Both the position numbers and the translations under genes were made by a program. DNA of 64,000 nt from Patescibacteria group bacterium (lineage in GTDB: Bacteria; Patescibacteriota; Patescibacteriia; SG8-24): NCBI GenBank assembly GCA_041667185.1, contig JBAYFM010000001.1:32052-96051 (forward strand), in the 5' to 3' direction. The notes below the pieces were generated by a model, which had not been told where the DNA came from, ran no database searches, and saw only the letters and a list, made by a program, of their open reading frames with translations. Shown here in pieces: positions 9,212 to 18,057 of the stretch. Position 1 is the stretch's first letter. The number at the start of each line of letters is the position of its first letter.

Positions 9212-9973
9212 ATGTTCCGCAACAAAGCCCATCACGAAGCCTCCAACCAGGCCGCGTTCTTCCTGCTTTTCGGTCTGGCCTTGTCCCTGGTCCTGCTTAG
9301 CGGCGTCCTGTGGCTCAGCGTCGGTTCGGGCATGGGAGCGAATAAAATCCTCGAGACCGGCGGGTCGGATCTGACGCGGTTATTGCCGCCCGGCTGGGCC
9401 GCCGTTGCCGGCTCGGAGGTCTCTTTTGACGACCCGGTTCGGCCGGCCCTGGTTTTCGCCGCCCGGCACGGACAGGCCGGAAGTTTGGAGCTGGCGGTCT
9501 GGGACCGGAAAGCCGGGGATTATCGCCTGGCTGCGCAGGTGGATTCCCGCCTGACCTCGCAGGTGGAATTGGAGGTTGCGGAGCTCGGCCAGGGGGCTGA
9601 GCAGGCGCTTTTGGCGACCGCACCGCTCGCTAATTTGAACGCCAAAGGGATTTTTTTTGCGGTGCGCAACGGCGACCGGCTGGAGATCGCGCGCATGAAG
9701 ACCGGGACCGGCCAAGTGCTGCCCGCCTTTTTTATTGACGGCTCCATTCCGAACGGCGATTCGCGGGTGGCTTTTTATGACGTGACCGGCGATGGTTTTG
9801 ACGAGGTGGTGGTCACGCGCCGGTCTTTCGGCGGCGCCGGCCCGGAGGCGTCCTGGGGCCGATCGGCGGATGTTTTCGAATGGAGCGGCGGCCTGTTCGT
9901 CTACGATCAGGAAATGAGCTGGGCTCTGACCAAGAGCGCGGAGGTTTTTCCGGAGCCGGCGGATCAGGAATAG
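9212..9973 (+). CDS. Membrane-anchored hypothetical protein with FG-GAP/VCBS-like motif
   Basis: N-terminal TM segment. Contains VTGDGFDEVVV (DxDGDG-like). Occupies the position immediately after ftsEX. Confidence 0.4.
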   Translation: MFRNKAHHEASNQAAFFLLFGLALSLVLLSGVLWLSVGSGMGANKILETGGSDLTRLLPPGWAAVAGSEVSFDDPVRPALVFAARHGQAGSLELAVWDRKAGDYRLAAQVDSRLTSQVELEVAELGQGAEQALLATAPLANLNAKGIFFAVRNGDRLEIARMKTGTGQVLPAFFIDGSIPNGDSRVAFYDVTGDGFDEVVVTRRSFGGAGPEASWGRSADVFEWSGGLFVYDQEMSWALTKSAEVFPEPADQE

Positions 9974-10043
9974 GCGCTTGACGCGGGACCGGTCAGACCA
10001 TAATCTGGTCTTTTGAGATCCGGCGGTCGATAGTCGTTTCAGC

Positions 10044-10114
10044 TCGGGGGTCGTCTAAAGGTAGGACCGCAGCCTTTGAAGCTGCTTATCTTGGTTCGAT
10101 TCCAAGCCCCCGAG
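10044..10114 (+). tRNA. tRNA-Gln (anticodon TTG), CCA not encoded
   Basis: TCGGGGG / TC / GTCT-AAAGGTA-GGAC / C / GCAGC-CTTTGAA-GCTGC / TTAT / CTTGG-TTCGATT-CCAAG / CCCCCGA / G. U1:A72 and G73 are typical of bacterial tRNA-Gln. Confidence 0.85.
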
Positions 10115-10324
10115 CCGAGTCGATTATCGCTGGCGCCGCGCGAAGCTGCTTACCGCAGGTCCGTCCGTCAGGACGGACATTATAAATACGCGGCGGTGGC
10201 CGCCACCGCTTGCGGCAAGCCCGCCCTGGTTCCCGCACGAAGTGCGGGGCGGGCTTATCTTGGTTCGATTCCAAGCCCCCGAGCCGAGTCGATTATCGCT
10301 GGCGCCGCGCGAAGCTGCTTACCG
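10084..10324 (+). repeat. 72-bp direct repeat (tRNA-Gln 3' 31 nt plus 41 nt downstream) flanking a ~98-bp hairpin-rich spacer
   Basis: gcttatcttggttcgattccaagcccccgagccgagtcgattatcgctggcgccgcgcgaagctgcttaccg occurs identically at 10084-10155 and 10253-10324. The spacer contains hairpins gtccgtccgtcaggacggac and gcggtggccgccaccgc. Confidence 0.75.
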
Positions 10325-10333
10325 TATTCTCAT

Positions 10334-10366
10334 AAAAAAATCCCGCAACTCATCAGGTTGCGGGAT
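10334..10366 (-). terminator. Rho-independent terminator for the minus-strand membrane-protein gene
   Basis: aaaaaaatcccgcaac-tcatcag-gttgcgggat; on the minus strand the hairpin is followed by a T-run. Confidence 0.55.
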
Positions 10367-10377
10367 CGAATTTGGAT

Positions 10378-10983
10378 TCAGAACAGTTTGAGTCCGCGCT
10401 GCCAGCGGCGCAGGACGCAGACCGCGCCGACGCCGCCGTCCGCGAGCAGGCTGCAGAGCGGGTAGGCGAGATCGATCCACTGTCCTTGCCAGCGCAGGAC
10501 GACGACGATCAGGCTGATGATATAGGCCAGGCCGAAACCGAACCAGGCGAGCGGTTTCTCGGTCAGCGGATCGCGCCAGACGCCGCGGAAAGTGGGGATG
10601 TTCGAGATCAGGAAAGCGACCTGGAGGAGCAGGTTGGCCCAGGCAGCGTCCCGCGAGACCCACCAGATCAGTCCGGCCGTCGAACCGATGGCGAGAATGA
10701 CTCCGTCGAAGCGCGAGAGCCGGGAAAGTTTTCCTTTGCTCGCGGCCAGGGTCAGGGTCACGGCGCAGGCGGCGGCGCCGGCGATGGGCGTGACCGACTT
10801 GGCCCAGTCCGCGCTCATGATGAGATAGCTCGCGGCGTTCAGGCCGGCCAGGAAAGTCCACAGGAGCCAGGTCGTGGTGTTGGGGCGCGACGCTCCGGTG
10901 AGCATTTGGCGATTATAAAGAGCATAAGAGGACAAGTGGATGAGACCGGCCAGGAGGCCGAGGCAGGAGCTGATTTCTAACAT
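10378..10983 (-). CDS. Hypothetical polytopic membrane protein
   Basis: Six or more predicted TM helices and no recognisable motif. Probable start is the M at 10983 (MLEISSCLGLLAGL). Confidence 0.4.
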   Translation of the reverse strand: MLEISSCLGLLAGLIHLSSYALYNRQMLTGASRPNTTTWLLWTFLAGLNAASYLIMSADWAKSVTPIAGAAACAVTLTLAASKGKLSRLSRFDGVILAIGSTAGLIWWVSRDAAWANLLLQVAFLISNIPTFRGVWRDPLTEKPLAWFGFGLAYIISLIVVVLRWQGQWIDLAYPLCSLLADGGVGAVCVLRRWQRGLKLF

Positions 10984-11280
10984 AGGATATATGGTAACAA
11001 TAGCATTGGCGGAGAAGAAATTGATAGGCCACATCGAAATATCGACTTTCGGATGGTCAAGATATTCCGGATCAGGCTGGCATTGGTGCGCGGAAGCTGT
11101 GAATGATCGGTTGGATTGTCGATCGGGTAGATATCCACAACCCTGTTCCAGTCGATTTTTTGTTGTACTGGTTCAGGGTGGTGGCTCTGGGATCAAAGTT
11201 CATAATACCACCCTCCCCTTGACACATATGAAAAAATGTAATTATAATATTGATATATTCTAATACTGAAGTATTTTTTT

Positions 11281-11586
11281 ATGGTAAAGGCGGAGCTTAA
11301 GTCTTATAGGGATGTTTTGACGAATAAGAAGGTCCGTCATCATGCGCGGATGTTGCGGGCTATTTCTGGCCAGGCTCGTTGGCAGGTGCTGATGTTACTC
11401 CGGAACTCGGAAAATGGCCTTACAACCACGGATATAGCCGCAATTCTTAAGGCTACTCTGTCGCGCGTTTCTCATCAGTTGCGCATTCTTAAGGGTCATG
11501 GTCTCGTGAAAACCCAGCGCTATGGACGCAACGTGGTGTACGCCTTGGCCAACCCGTTGATCAAGGATTACATCGTCCTACCCTAA
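11281..11586 (+). CDS. ArsR/SmtB-family transcriptional regulator
   Basis: Winged HTH (LLRNSENGLTTTDIAAILKATLSRVSHQLRILKGHGLV). An AT-rich divergent promoter region lies upstream (11040-11280). Confidence 0.6.
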   Translation: MVKAELKSYRDVLTNKKVRHHARMLRAISGQARWQVLMLLRNSENGLTTTDIAAILKATLSRVSHQLRILKGHGLVKTQRYGRNVVYALANPLIKDYIVLP

Positions 11587-11729
11587 GATCGTCAGTTCGA
11601 CCGGCCGCCTCACGGCGGTCTTTTTTTATCCGCGCGGTCGCCCGGGATCAGCGCTCTCACCAAAGTCTTGAAATATTTATCAAACCAGTTTATAATTCAC
11701 CAGTCGAAGAAATCTTCAGCGAAACGAGT

Positions 11730-12755
11730 ATGGATTCAGGAGCCATCAAGCTGATCTTCAGCGCCCTGGCGAATCCGATCCGTCTGGACATCCTGCACGC
11801 GCTTTATCACGGCGAGAAGAACGTGACCGAACTGGTCCGTGAACTTAGGCGCGATCAGAGTTTGGTCTCCCATAATTTGAAGCGACTCGTCGCATCTAAG
11901 CTCATCCGTTCCCGCAAGGAAGGGCAGTTCCGGTACTACTCGCTGCATCAGGGGTCGGTCGCCCCGCTTCTCCGCAACATTGAGGAACTCAAGAAATTCA
12001 TGGTCAGTAAAAGCGACGAGGTGCGCCGCCAGACGCAGGCTCGTTATGATCAGATCGTCCGGATGACTCCGGCGGCTCTCTTCATCCAGAAGAACGGGGC
12101 GGTCACTTTCGCCAATCGCGCCGGTCTGAAATTGCTCGCCGCCAAGAAAGAGTCCGATATTATCGGCCGGTCGTTCGAGGGGCTCACTAGTCCGGAATGC
12201 CGCGTCGAGATCAAGAAGAGATACATGGCCATGGCCGATGGCCGCAAACTGAAGGCTTATGAGACCCGGATCGTGCGGTTGGATGGCCGGGTCATCGATG
12301 TCCTGGCCAACGAGGAACCTTTGCAGGACGGCAGTAATAACAGCTGCATCGCCGTGCTGGTCGATATCACCGAGCAAAAGGAGATCGAGCGGAGGCTAGC
12401 CGCGGATCAGAACCTGATCAGGATGGCGTTGTCCGCGACTCGTGCGGTCGCCTGGCGCTGGGATATCAAGACCAACCGCGTAGAGATGCTGGGTGACGCC
12501 ATCGGCGTCCTGGGGGCGCGGCCGACCACCTCCCAGGCTATCTGGGCGTTGCTGCATCTTGATGATCTGCCTGTGATGCGCGGCGATTTCGAGGCTTCCA
12601 TGACCAAGCCGCGCGCCTCTTACGTCCGCCGCTGCCGGATCATCCGTCCGGATACCCGCGAGGTGAAGTGGGTCGAGCTCCACTCTTTCGGTTTTTACGA
12701 GAACGGGGTGAAAACACTCGTCGTCGGCATGGCGATCGAGGTCGAAGGAAAGTAG
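11730..12755 (+). CDS. ArsR-type HTH fused to tandem PAS domains (sensor regulator)
   Basis: N-terminus ALANPIRLDILHALYHGEKNVTELVRELRRDQSLVSHNLKRL (ArsR), followed by two PAS-like segments (PAALFIQKNGAVTFANRAG... and AVAWRWDIKTNRVEMLGD...). Confidence 0.6.
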   Translation: MDSGAIKLIFSALANPIRLDILHALYHGEKNVTELVRELRRDQSLVSHNLKRLVASKLIRSRKEGQFRYYSLHQGSVAPLLRNIEELKKFMVSKSDEVRRQTQARYDQIVRMTPAALFIQKNGAVTFANRAGLKLLAAKKESDIIGRSFEGLTSPECRVEIKKRYMAMADGRKLKAYETRIVRLDGRVIDVLANEEPLQDGSNNSCIAVLVDITEQKEIERRLAADQNLIRMALSATRAVAWRWDIKTNRVEMLGDAIGVLGARPTTSQAIWALLHLDDLPVMRGDFEASMTKPRASYVRRCRIIRPDTREVKWVELHSFGFYENGVKTLVVGMAIEVEGK

Positions 12756-13046
12756 GAGAGCGGATAAAGGGAACAATGCCCCGCGCTGAACGTGCTGGGC
12801 GTTTTTAGTTCGCCGCGGCGGAGAGTCGTGGCAGGTGCGGTTGCGCCGCGCGCCGTGGAGGGTCCGGGTCGCGCGAGCGAGGCCGGGCCAGCCTTCGCAC
12901 GTCAGCCAGTCTTGACTTTTTGTCGGACTCGTGCTATCTTTGGGGCCACGGTACAACGATCGATTTCCGGCCGGAAACAAGGCGTCTCAAGCGTCACGAT
13001 ACGAAGGCCATGTCGAACTTTACCGGGTAAAGGTCGTCTAAAAAGA

Positions 13047-13265
13047 ATGCCCGCCGATAAGCGGGCCACACATATGGCTTTCGAACCTCGCCAGGGCGGT
13101 TTCCCGCCACGCCAGATCTTCGACGTTTCGGCCATGGGTCTCAAGTGCGCTGATTGCGGCGCCGACATCAAGGAACTTCCTTTTGAGCCCAAGACCGATC
13201 GCCCCGTCTACTGCCGCGATTGCAACCGCAACCGCCGCCAGAGCTACGGTCCGCGCAAGTTCTAA
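13047..13265 (+). CDS. Small zinc-ribbon protein (CxxC...CxxC)
   Basis: CADCGADIKELPFEPKTDRPVYCRDC. The start is uncertain (ATG 13047 or 13074). A TTGACT-17-TATCTT promoter-like motif sits at 12912-12945. Confidence 0.35.
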   Translation: MPADKRATHMAFEPRQGGFPPRQIFDVSAMGLKCADCGADIKELPFEPKTDRPVYCRDCNRNRRQSYGPRKF

Positions 13266-13269
13266 TGGC

Positions 13270-13305
13270 AAAAAACTCCCCGCCGCAAGGTGGGGAGTTT
13301 TGTTA
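13270..13305. terminator. Rho-independent terminator
   Basis: aaaaaactcccc-gccgcaaggt-ggggagttttgtt. Confidence 0.55.
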
Positions 13306-13424
13306 TCGGGCGGATCGCGGCGCGGGCGCGCGCGGCTGTCCGTTGTTCTACTTATCTTGACTTTATCGGCGGCTGACGTAGGATGATCTGTCAGAGTTCT
13401 TTTTCAAACCACAGGAGGCAATAA

Positions 13425-14513
13425 ATGAACGCGGACCGAAAAGATGAATTGAAGGCTTGTCAGGACAGTCTGGTCCACTTGGCCACTTCCGACGGATCAG
13501 CCCGACGCCGTCATGACTCAGCGTCCGACGAAGACGGCTGGCTGGAGGGTTTCGGCTCGCCGTACGCGGCTGATTTCGACAAATTGCTGTGCAGCAAGGC
13601 GATCCGGCGTCTGGGCCGCAAGACCCAGGTCATCGCACAACCGCGGAATCGCCATGTGCGGGACCGGCTCAGTCATTCGTTCGAGGTGATGAGCACGGCC
13701 GCCATGATCGGCCGGATCCTGGGCCTGAACGAGCAGCTTTGCCGCTCGATCTCGCTTGGACACGATATCGGCCACACGCCGTTCGGCCATGCCGGCGAAT
13801 CGTTCCTGGCTCGCAAGACCGGGAAGAACTTCCGGCACGAGATCTTCGGCGCGGTGATCGCGCAGCAGATCGAGCGCCGCGGCGGCGGCCTCAACCTGAC
13901 CTGGCAGACCTTGAGCGGCATCCGGAACCATTCCCGCGGGTCCGGCGAGCTGCATACTGCCGGTCTCGCGCCGGAGGATGCTGTCGTGATGTACGCCGAC
14001 AAGATCAGCTACATCTTCGCCGACTTCAATGACGTGTTCACGCGCCGGCTGGCTAATGGCCAGTCGCTGCTCGTCGGGGATTTTCTCGGACTGGCCGAGG
14101 TTGTCGCCTGGTTCGGCGCGAATCATCGCGAGCGCGTCCAGACCTGCGTCACCGGTCTCTGCATCGAGTCGGCCGGAGCCGGCGCGGTCAGTTTCAGCGG
14201 ATCGGAGACTGCTCTCCGGTTCGCCGACCTGAAGAGCCGCATGTACAAGGTCTACGGCCGGGTTCACGCCGACGTCGACGAGCAGAAGATCCTGGAAGGC
14301 GTCTTCGCCGCTCTCGCCGAGTCCGCTCCGGACTACGATCCGGCCGTCTTGCTCGCGTTGCTCAATGACGAGGACGTGGCCTGGCTGGACGGTCTGTTGC
14401 ACCAGGGCGTCAGGATGACCAGTGATATTCTCGCGAATCTTTCCGTCGCCGATATCATGCGCCATCTTCTGAACAAGAGCATCGATTTCACCAATCCAGA
14501 TCTGGATTGGTGA
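13425..14513 (+). CDS. dGTPase-like HD-domain triphosphohydrolase
   Basis: RDRLSHSFEV...SLGHDIGHTPFGH, the dGTP triphosphohydrolase signature. AGGAGG lies 7 nt before ATG 13425. A TTGACT promoter-like motif is at 13351. Confidence 0.75.
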   Translation: MNADRKDELKACQDSLVHLATSDGSARRRHDSASDEDGWLEGFGSPYAADFDKLLCSKAIRRLGRKTQVIAQPRNRHVRDRLSHSFEVMSTAAMIGRILGLNEQLCRSISLGHDIGHTPFGHAGESFLARKTGKNFRHEIFGAVIAQQIERRGGGLNLTWQTLSGIRNHSRGSGELHTAGLAPEDAVVMYADKISYIFADFNDVFTRRLANGQSLLVGDFLGLAEVVAWFGANHRERVQTCVTGLCIESAGAGAVSFSGSETALRFADLKSRMYKVYGRVHADVDEQKILEGVFAALAESAPDYDPAVLLALLNDEDVAWLDGLLHQGVRMTSDILANLSVADIMRHLLNKSIDFTNPDLDW

Positions 14514-14652
14514 CAAGATCCAAGCGCCGTCCTCAGGACGGCGCTCTTTTTATCCGCAGCATCGGACGTCGCTGGTTTCGCAGCACGCCGCTCGGCGTGT
14601 CGGGAGCGGATAAAAAAACCGCTCCGGGCGCTGGGCGCGGGGCGGTTGGAGG

Positions 14653-15477
14653 TCAGAGCCGGGAAACGATCCGGCGGAGATAGCTGCCGAGAGCCGCCGA
14701 GGAATTCTTGGCGCGCTCGAGGTTGGTCTCGTGCGAGTGTTCTTCGACGTCGCTGTTCGTGACGAGTGCGAGCGCCAGGATTTTGGTTCCGGGATAGAGC
14801 GCTGCGACGCAACATTCCGGCAGGACGCTCATGCCGACGACGCTGGCGCCGGTGGCTTCGAGCAGTTTCTTGTCGTAGCGGCGGCTTTCGAAGAAGGGGC
14901 CGCGGACCATGACGTGTCCGCCGCCGCCGGCCGCGAGGCGCGGTTCGGTTTCGAAAGCGGCCTCGAAAGCGAGATTGCGCAGATGTTCGTCGAGCGTGTC
15001 CTCGGGCGAACAGAACTCGCCGGCGAAGAGCGGCATCTCCGGCGCGTACAGGGTGACGAAGCCGTCGATGACGCAGATGTTGCCGATCGCGAACTTGCGG
15101 CCGAGAGCGCCGGCGGCGCAGGTGACGATCAGATTCTGGGCGCCGAGCTGGATGAGCATCTCGGTCTGGAGCCGGACCATCGCCGCGAGCCCAGGGTCGC
15201 TGGGCGCTTCGTTCAGGTGGACTCGTCCGGAGAGCGCGGCCACGGTCTTGCCGGCGAGTTCGCCGACGAGGACTTTGCGGGCGTGGCCTTCGATGCCGCG
15301 CAAGCCGTTGAATCCAGGAAGTTGGCAGAATTCGACTTCGCGTTGGTTGTCGAGCTTGAGCGAGCTGCCCCAACCGGTGCCCAGGATGAGTCCGGCGTCG
15401 ATCCGTCCGACGTTGAGCAGATCCCTGATCTTGGCGGCAGCCTTTTCGGCGATGGCTTGATGTTTGAAACTCCTCAT
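14653..15477 (-). CDS. Purine nucleoside phosphorylase / MTAP family (PNP_UDP_1)
   Basis: IILGTGWGSS...GFNGLRGIEGHARKVLVGELAGKTVAALSGRVHLNE; length and motif order match the PNP/MTAP family. Confidence 0.7.
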   Translation of the reverse strand: MRSFKHQAIAEKAAAKIRDLLNVGRIDAGLILGTGWGSSLKLDNQREVEFCQLPGFNGLRGIEGHARKVLVGELAGKTVAALSGRVHLNEAPSDPGLAAMVRLQTEMLIQLGAQNLIVTCAAGALGRKFAIGNICVIDGFVTLYAPEMPLFAGEFCSPEDTLDEHLRNLAFEAAFETEPRLAAGGGGHVMVRGPFFESRRYDKKLLEATGASVVGMSVLPECCVAALYPGTKILALALVTNSDVEEHSHETNLERAKNSSAALGSYLRRIVSRL

Positions 15478-15602
15478 GTTCGTTCTCCGTGGCTTGGTGA
15501 AAAGAGCTGTCGCGAGCGTAGTGTTTTAAGACGGTTCTGTCAATCCCGCGGCCTGTTTGGCCGCCCTGGGTGTATAATGATCTGCGAGAATATCCATATT
15601 TT

Positions 15603-16013
15603 ATGCTGTCGCGCCCAGACCTCGAAAAAATGATCCGGGAAGCGATCCTGGCGATACCGGAACCGATCCGCCGGCGGATCGGCAATGTTGCCGTGGTCGT
15701 CGAGGATCGCTGCCGCGCCGGCGAAGATTGCGACGGCGGATATTGGGGCGAGAATGATCTCCTGGGACTGTTCGAGGGTGTGCCGCTCGTCGACGAGGGG
15801 ATCGAGACGAGCGGTCTGCTGCCGGCGAAGATCACGATCTTCAGGAGCGCGATCGAAGAAGAAGCGGAGACGCCGGCGGAGATCCCGAAGATCGTCCGCG
15901 AGACGGTCTGGCACGAAGTCGCGCATTACGTCGGTTTTGACGAGGCCGAGACGGAGCGGCTGGAGGAAAAATGGGAACGGGGTTTCGCCGGCCGGAAGTT
16001 CGATCAGGGTTGA
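15603..16013 (+). CDS. Zincin-like small metallopeptidase-family protein (HExxH)
   Basis: VWHEVAHYVGFDE (HEVAH). A TATAAT at 15573-15578 sits about 25 nt upstream, implying a short leader. The track ORF starts with GTG at 15570. Confidence 0.5.
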   Translation: MLSRPDLEKMIREAILAIPEPIRRRIGNVAVVVEDRCRAGEDCDGGYWGENDLLGLFEGVPLVDEGIETSGLLPAKITIFRSAIEEEAETPAEIPKIVRETVWHEVAHYVGFDEAETERLEEKWERGFAGRKFDQG

Positions 16014-16069
16014 GATCGCCGGCGGAATAAAAAAATCCGCCTCGCGTCAAGCGCGGGGCGGTTTTGCGT

Positions 16070-17170
16070 TCAGAGGCTGCTGAGGAAGCTGGCGACGGCT
16101 GAGATGGCCGCTCGCGATTTCGCTTCCCAGGAATCGTCGTTCCTGATGAAAGTGAAACGCGGGTGCTGACCCCAGATCCTGGCGATGCGGCGGCCGAGTC
16201 TGACCGCGGTTCCGTACGTTTCGGAACGGGCCGGATTGTTGGCCGACATTTTCTCGAAGATCTCCCGGGGCGGGGTTTCGAGACAGATCACGAGATCGTA
16301 GAGGCTGAATTCATGCTCGCGAGTGGTCCGACAGGCGTACTCCAGTTCCTTGAGGCCGCCGCGGATGTAAGCGGCGCCGTCGATGGTGCCGCGATCGAGC
16401 AGCAGAGCCTTCTTGTCGTCGCTTGCGGCCTGCAGGTCGGAGATCGTTTCGAAGCCGCGCTGGACGCGATAGATCGTGCGCTGGAATTGGCGCGCGCCGA
16501 CCGGGTCGTTCATCGGCGGTTTCACGCCGACCTGGGCGATGACGATTGTCGCGACCTCGGGGACGCAGTGGAGCGCGCCGCCGAAGCGTGCCTGGAGTTC
16601 GGCCATGAGCGCGCTCTTGCCGGAGCAAGGGCCGCCCGTGAGCACGATCCGCGGCCTGCGGTTCGGCAGTAGCTCGCGGACCGGACGGTCAGAGCCGGAG
16701 TCGGCGATGTCGCGCGCGAGCCGCGCCAGATGGCGGTTCGTGAGCGATTGCGTGACCTCGGTGGCGTCCTGGATCCAGTCGGGCAGGCGGAGGTCGAAGT
16801 CAGCCGAGGGCATCTCGTATTCGGCGAGCACCAGCCCGGTCAGGGCGTCGTGGAAGAAGTCGATCTCCCAGCCGTCGCGCACGAAGCGGGTCTTGCGAAT
16901 GACGTCGCTGCAGGAATTCAGCAGGAATTCGGCCGCTTCGACCGTGACGGGCTGGTTGTGTTCCTGCCGCACGGCACCGCAACCGTCCTTGCGGGTGATC
17001 TCGGCCCGAGCTGACTGGTCGCGTTTGCGGGTGATCCGGACGCGCAGGCTGAACTGGGGCGGGGTTTCGAAATAACCCTGGACGATCTCCTTGTTCGGAA
17101 AGCGCTGGATATCTGGATCGATGGAACGGACTAGGAAACGGCGTTCGATCTCTTCGATGGTGTTGGGCAT
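16070..17170 (-). CDS. CYTH (triphosphate tunnel) domain fused to P-loop NTPase of AAA_28/NadR-kinase type
   Basis: N-terminal CYTH hallmark EIERRFLV; C-terminal Walker A LTGGPCSGKSAL. AAGGAGG lies 6 nt before ATG 17170. Confidence 0.6.
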   Translation of the reverse strand: MPNTIEEIERRFLVRSIDPDIQRFPNKEIVQGYFETPPQFSLRVRITRKRDQSARAEITRKDGCGAVRQEHNQPVTVEAAEFLLNSCSDVIRKTRFVRDGWEIDFFHDALTGLVLAEYEMPSADFDLRLPDWIQDATEVTQSLTNRHLARLARDIADSGSDRPVRELLPNRRPRIVLTGGPCSGKSALMAELQARFGGALHCVPEVATIVIAQVGVKPPMNDPVGARQFQRTIYRVQRGFETISDLQAASDDKKALLLDRGTIDGAAYIRGGLKELEYACRTTREHEFSLYDLVICLETPPREIFEKMSANNPARSETYGTAVRLGRRIARIWGQHPRFTFIRNDDSWEAKSRAAISAVASFLSSL

Positions 17171-17316
17171 GATAGCCTCCTTTTGGCAAAGAACGATCCC
17201 GAAGCTGCGAGGGCGTCGGGCGCGCCGTTACCTTAGGCGGCCGCGGCGAAAAAGTCAAAATCCGGCTGACAAAAAAAGACCCGTCCAGCGGACGGGTCAC
17301 AGAACGCGATTGAGGG

Positions 17317-17859
17317 TCACTTGAGCTTGGTGCTGGCGGCCATCGCGTCGAAGATTGGCAGGACCAGCGCGTTCGCTTCAGCTGGCCAGTGGCCGGCGAA
17401 GATCAAGATGAACCGCGGGTTTTCCGGCAAGATCCGGATGGTGACCTTTCCGACCCTGCCCGAGACCGTAGTCACGATGAACGAGGCCTGGTTGTCATCC
17501 TCGGCGGAGGTTATTTCCGAAACCTGGGCGCCGCTTTTTTGAACGCCAGCCGCGAAGTCCGTTGCGATCTTAATCGGAGAGCCGATCGCTGCCGGCAGGA
17601 GGCCGACCTTGATCAGGACTTGCAGTTTTTCGTTGATGACCAGGTTGTCGAGGTCGCCGGGCGTGGTGGAGGGGCCTTTCTGCAGATGCAGCCAGCCTTC
17701 CGGAACATCAATCAGCAATTGGAGCTGTTCTGATGGCGGCGGGCCTTGGTACTGGCGCGGGGTTCCGAGATCGGAGCCCGAGGCGCGGGTCCGGGGTGCG
17801 GCGCAGCTGACGGCGAACAGGGCGAATAGGGAGATGAGCGAAAAGCCCAGCTTCTTCAT
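17317..17859 (-). CDS. Lipoprotein, hypothetical
   Basis: MKKLGFSLISLFALFAVSC: signal peptide with a lipobox Cys. AAGGAG precedes ATG 17859. Confidence 0.45.
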   Translation of the reverse strand: MKKLGFSLISLFALFAVSCAAPRTRASGSDLGTPRQYQGPPPSEQLQLLIDVPEGWLHLQKGPSTTPGDLDNLVINEKLQVLIKVGLLPAAIGSPIKIATDFAAGVQKSGAQVSEITSAEDDNQASFIVTTVSGRVGKVTIRILPENPRFILIFAGHWPAEANALVLPIFDAMAASTKLK

Positions 17860-18057
17860 GACGGACTCCTTGTTTTGTGGCGAAGAACCAACAGCGGTCT
17901 TGTTCCGCTGGTCGGACCTTAACACAATGACGAGGGATGTAAAGCCGGTGCGCGGCGTTCTGGGCCGGACGGTCTCGTAAATCCGGTCGGCAACTATTAT
18001 AATATCAGGGTCGCATCCTGCGCGGTTCTCTTGTGGACGCCGGACGCGTTCAAAGCT

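Noticed and set aside
10155-10252. A second tRNA gene between the tRNA-Gln repeats
   Set aside because: The 3' 31 nt match tRNA-Gln, but no 5' strand exists that can pair with the acceptor 3' strand (TCGGGGG is absent). It is a partial duplicate only.
13425-14513. dGTPase-like HD protein as an antiphage dNTP-depletion defence gene
   Set aside because: The neighbouring genes are a nucleoside phosphorylase and other metabolic-looking genes, with no other defence hallmarks. A housekeeping salvage role is more parsimonious. It is kept only as a low-priority note.
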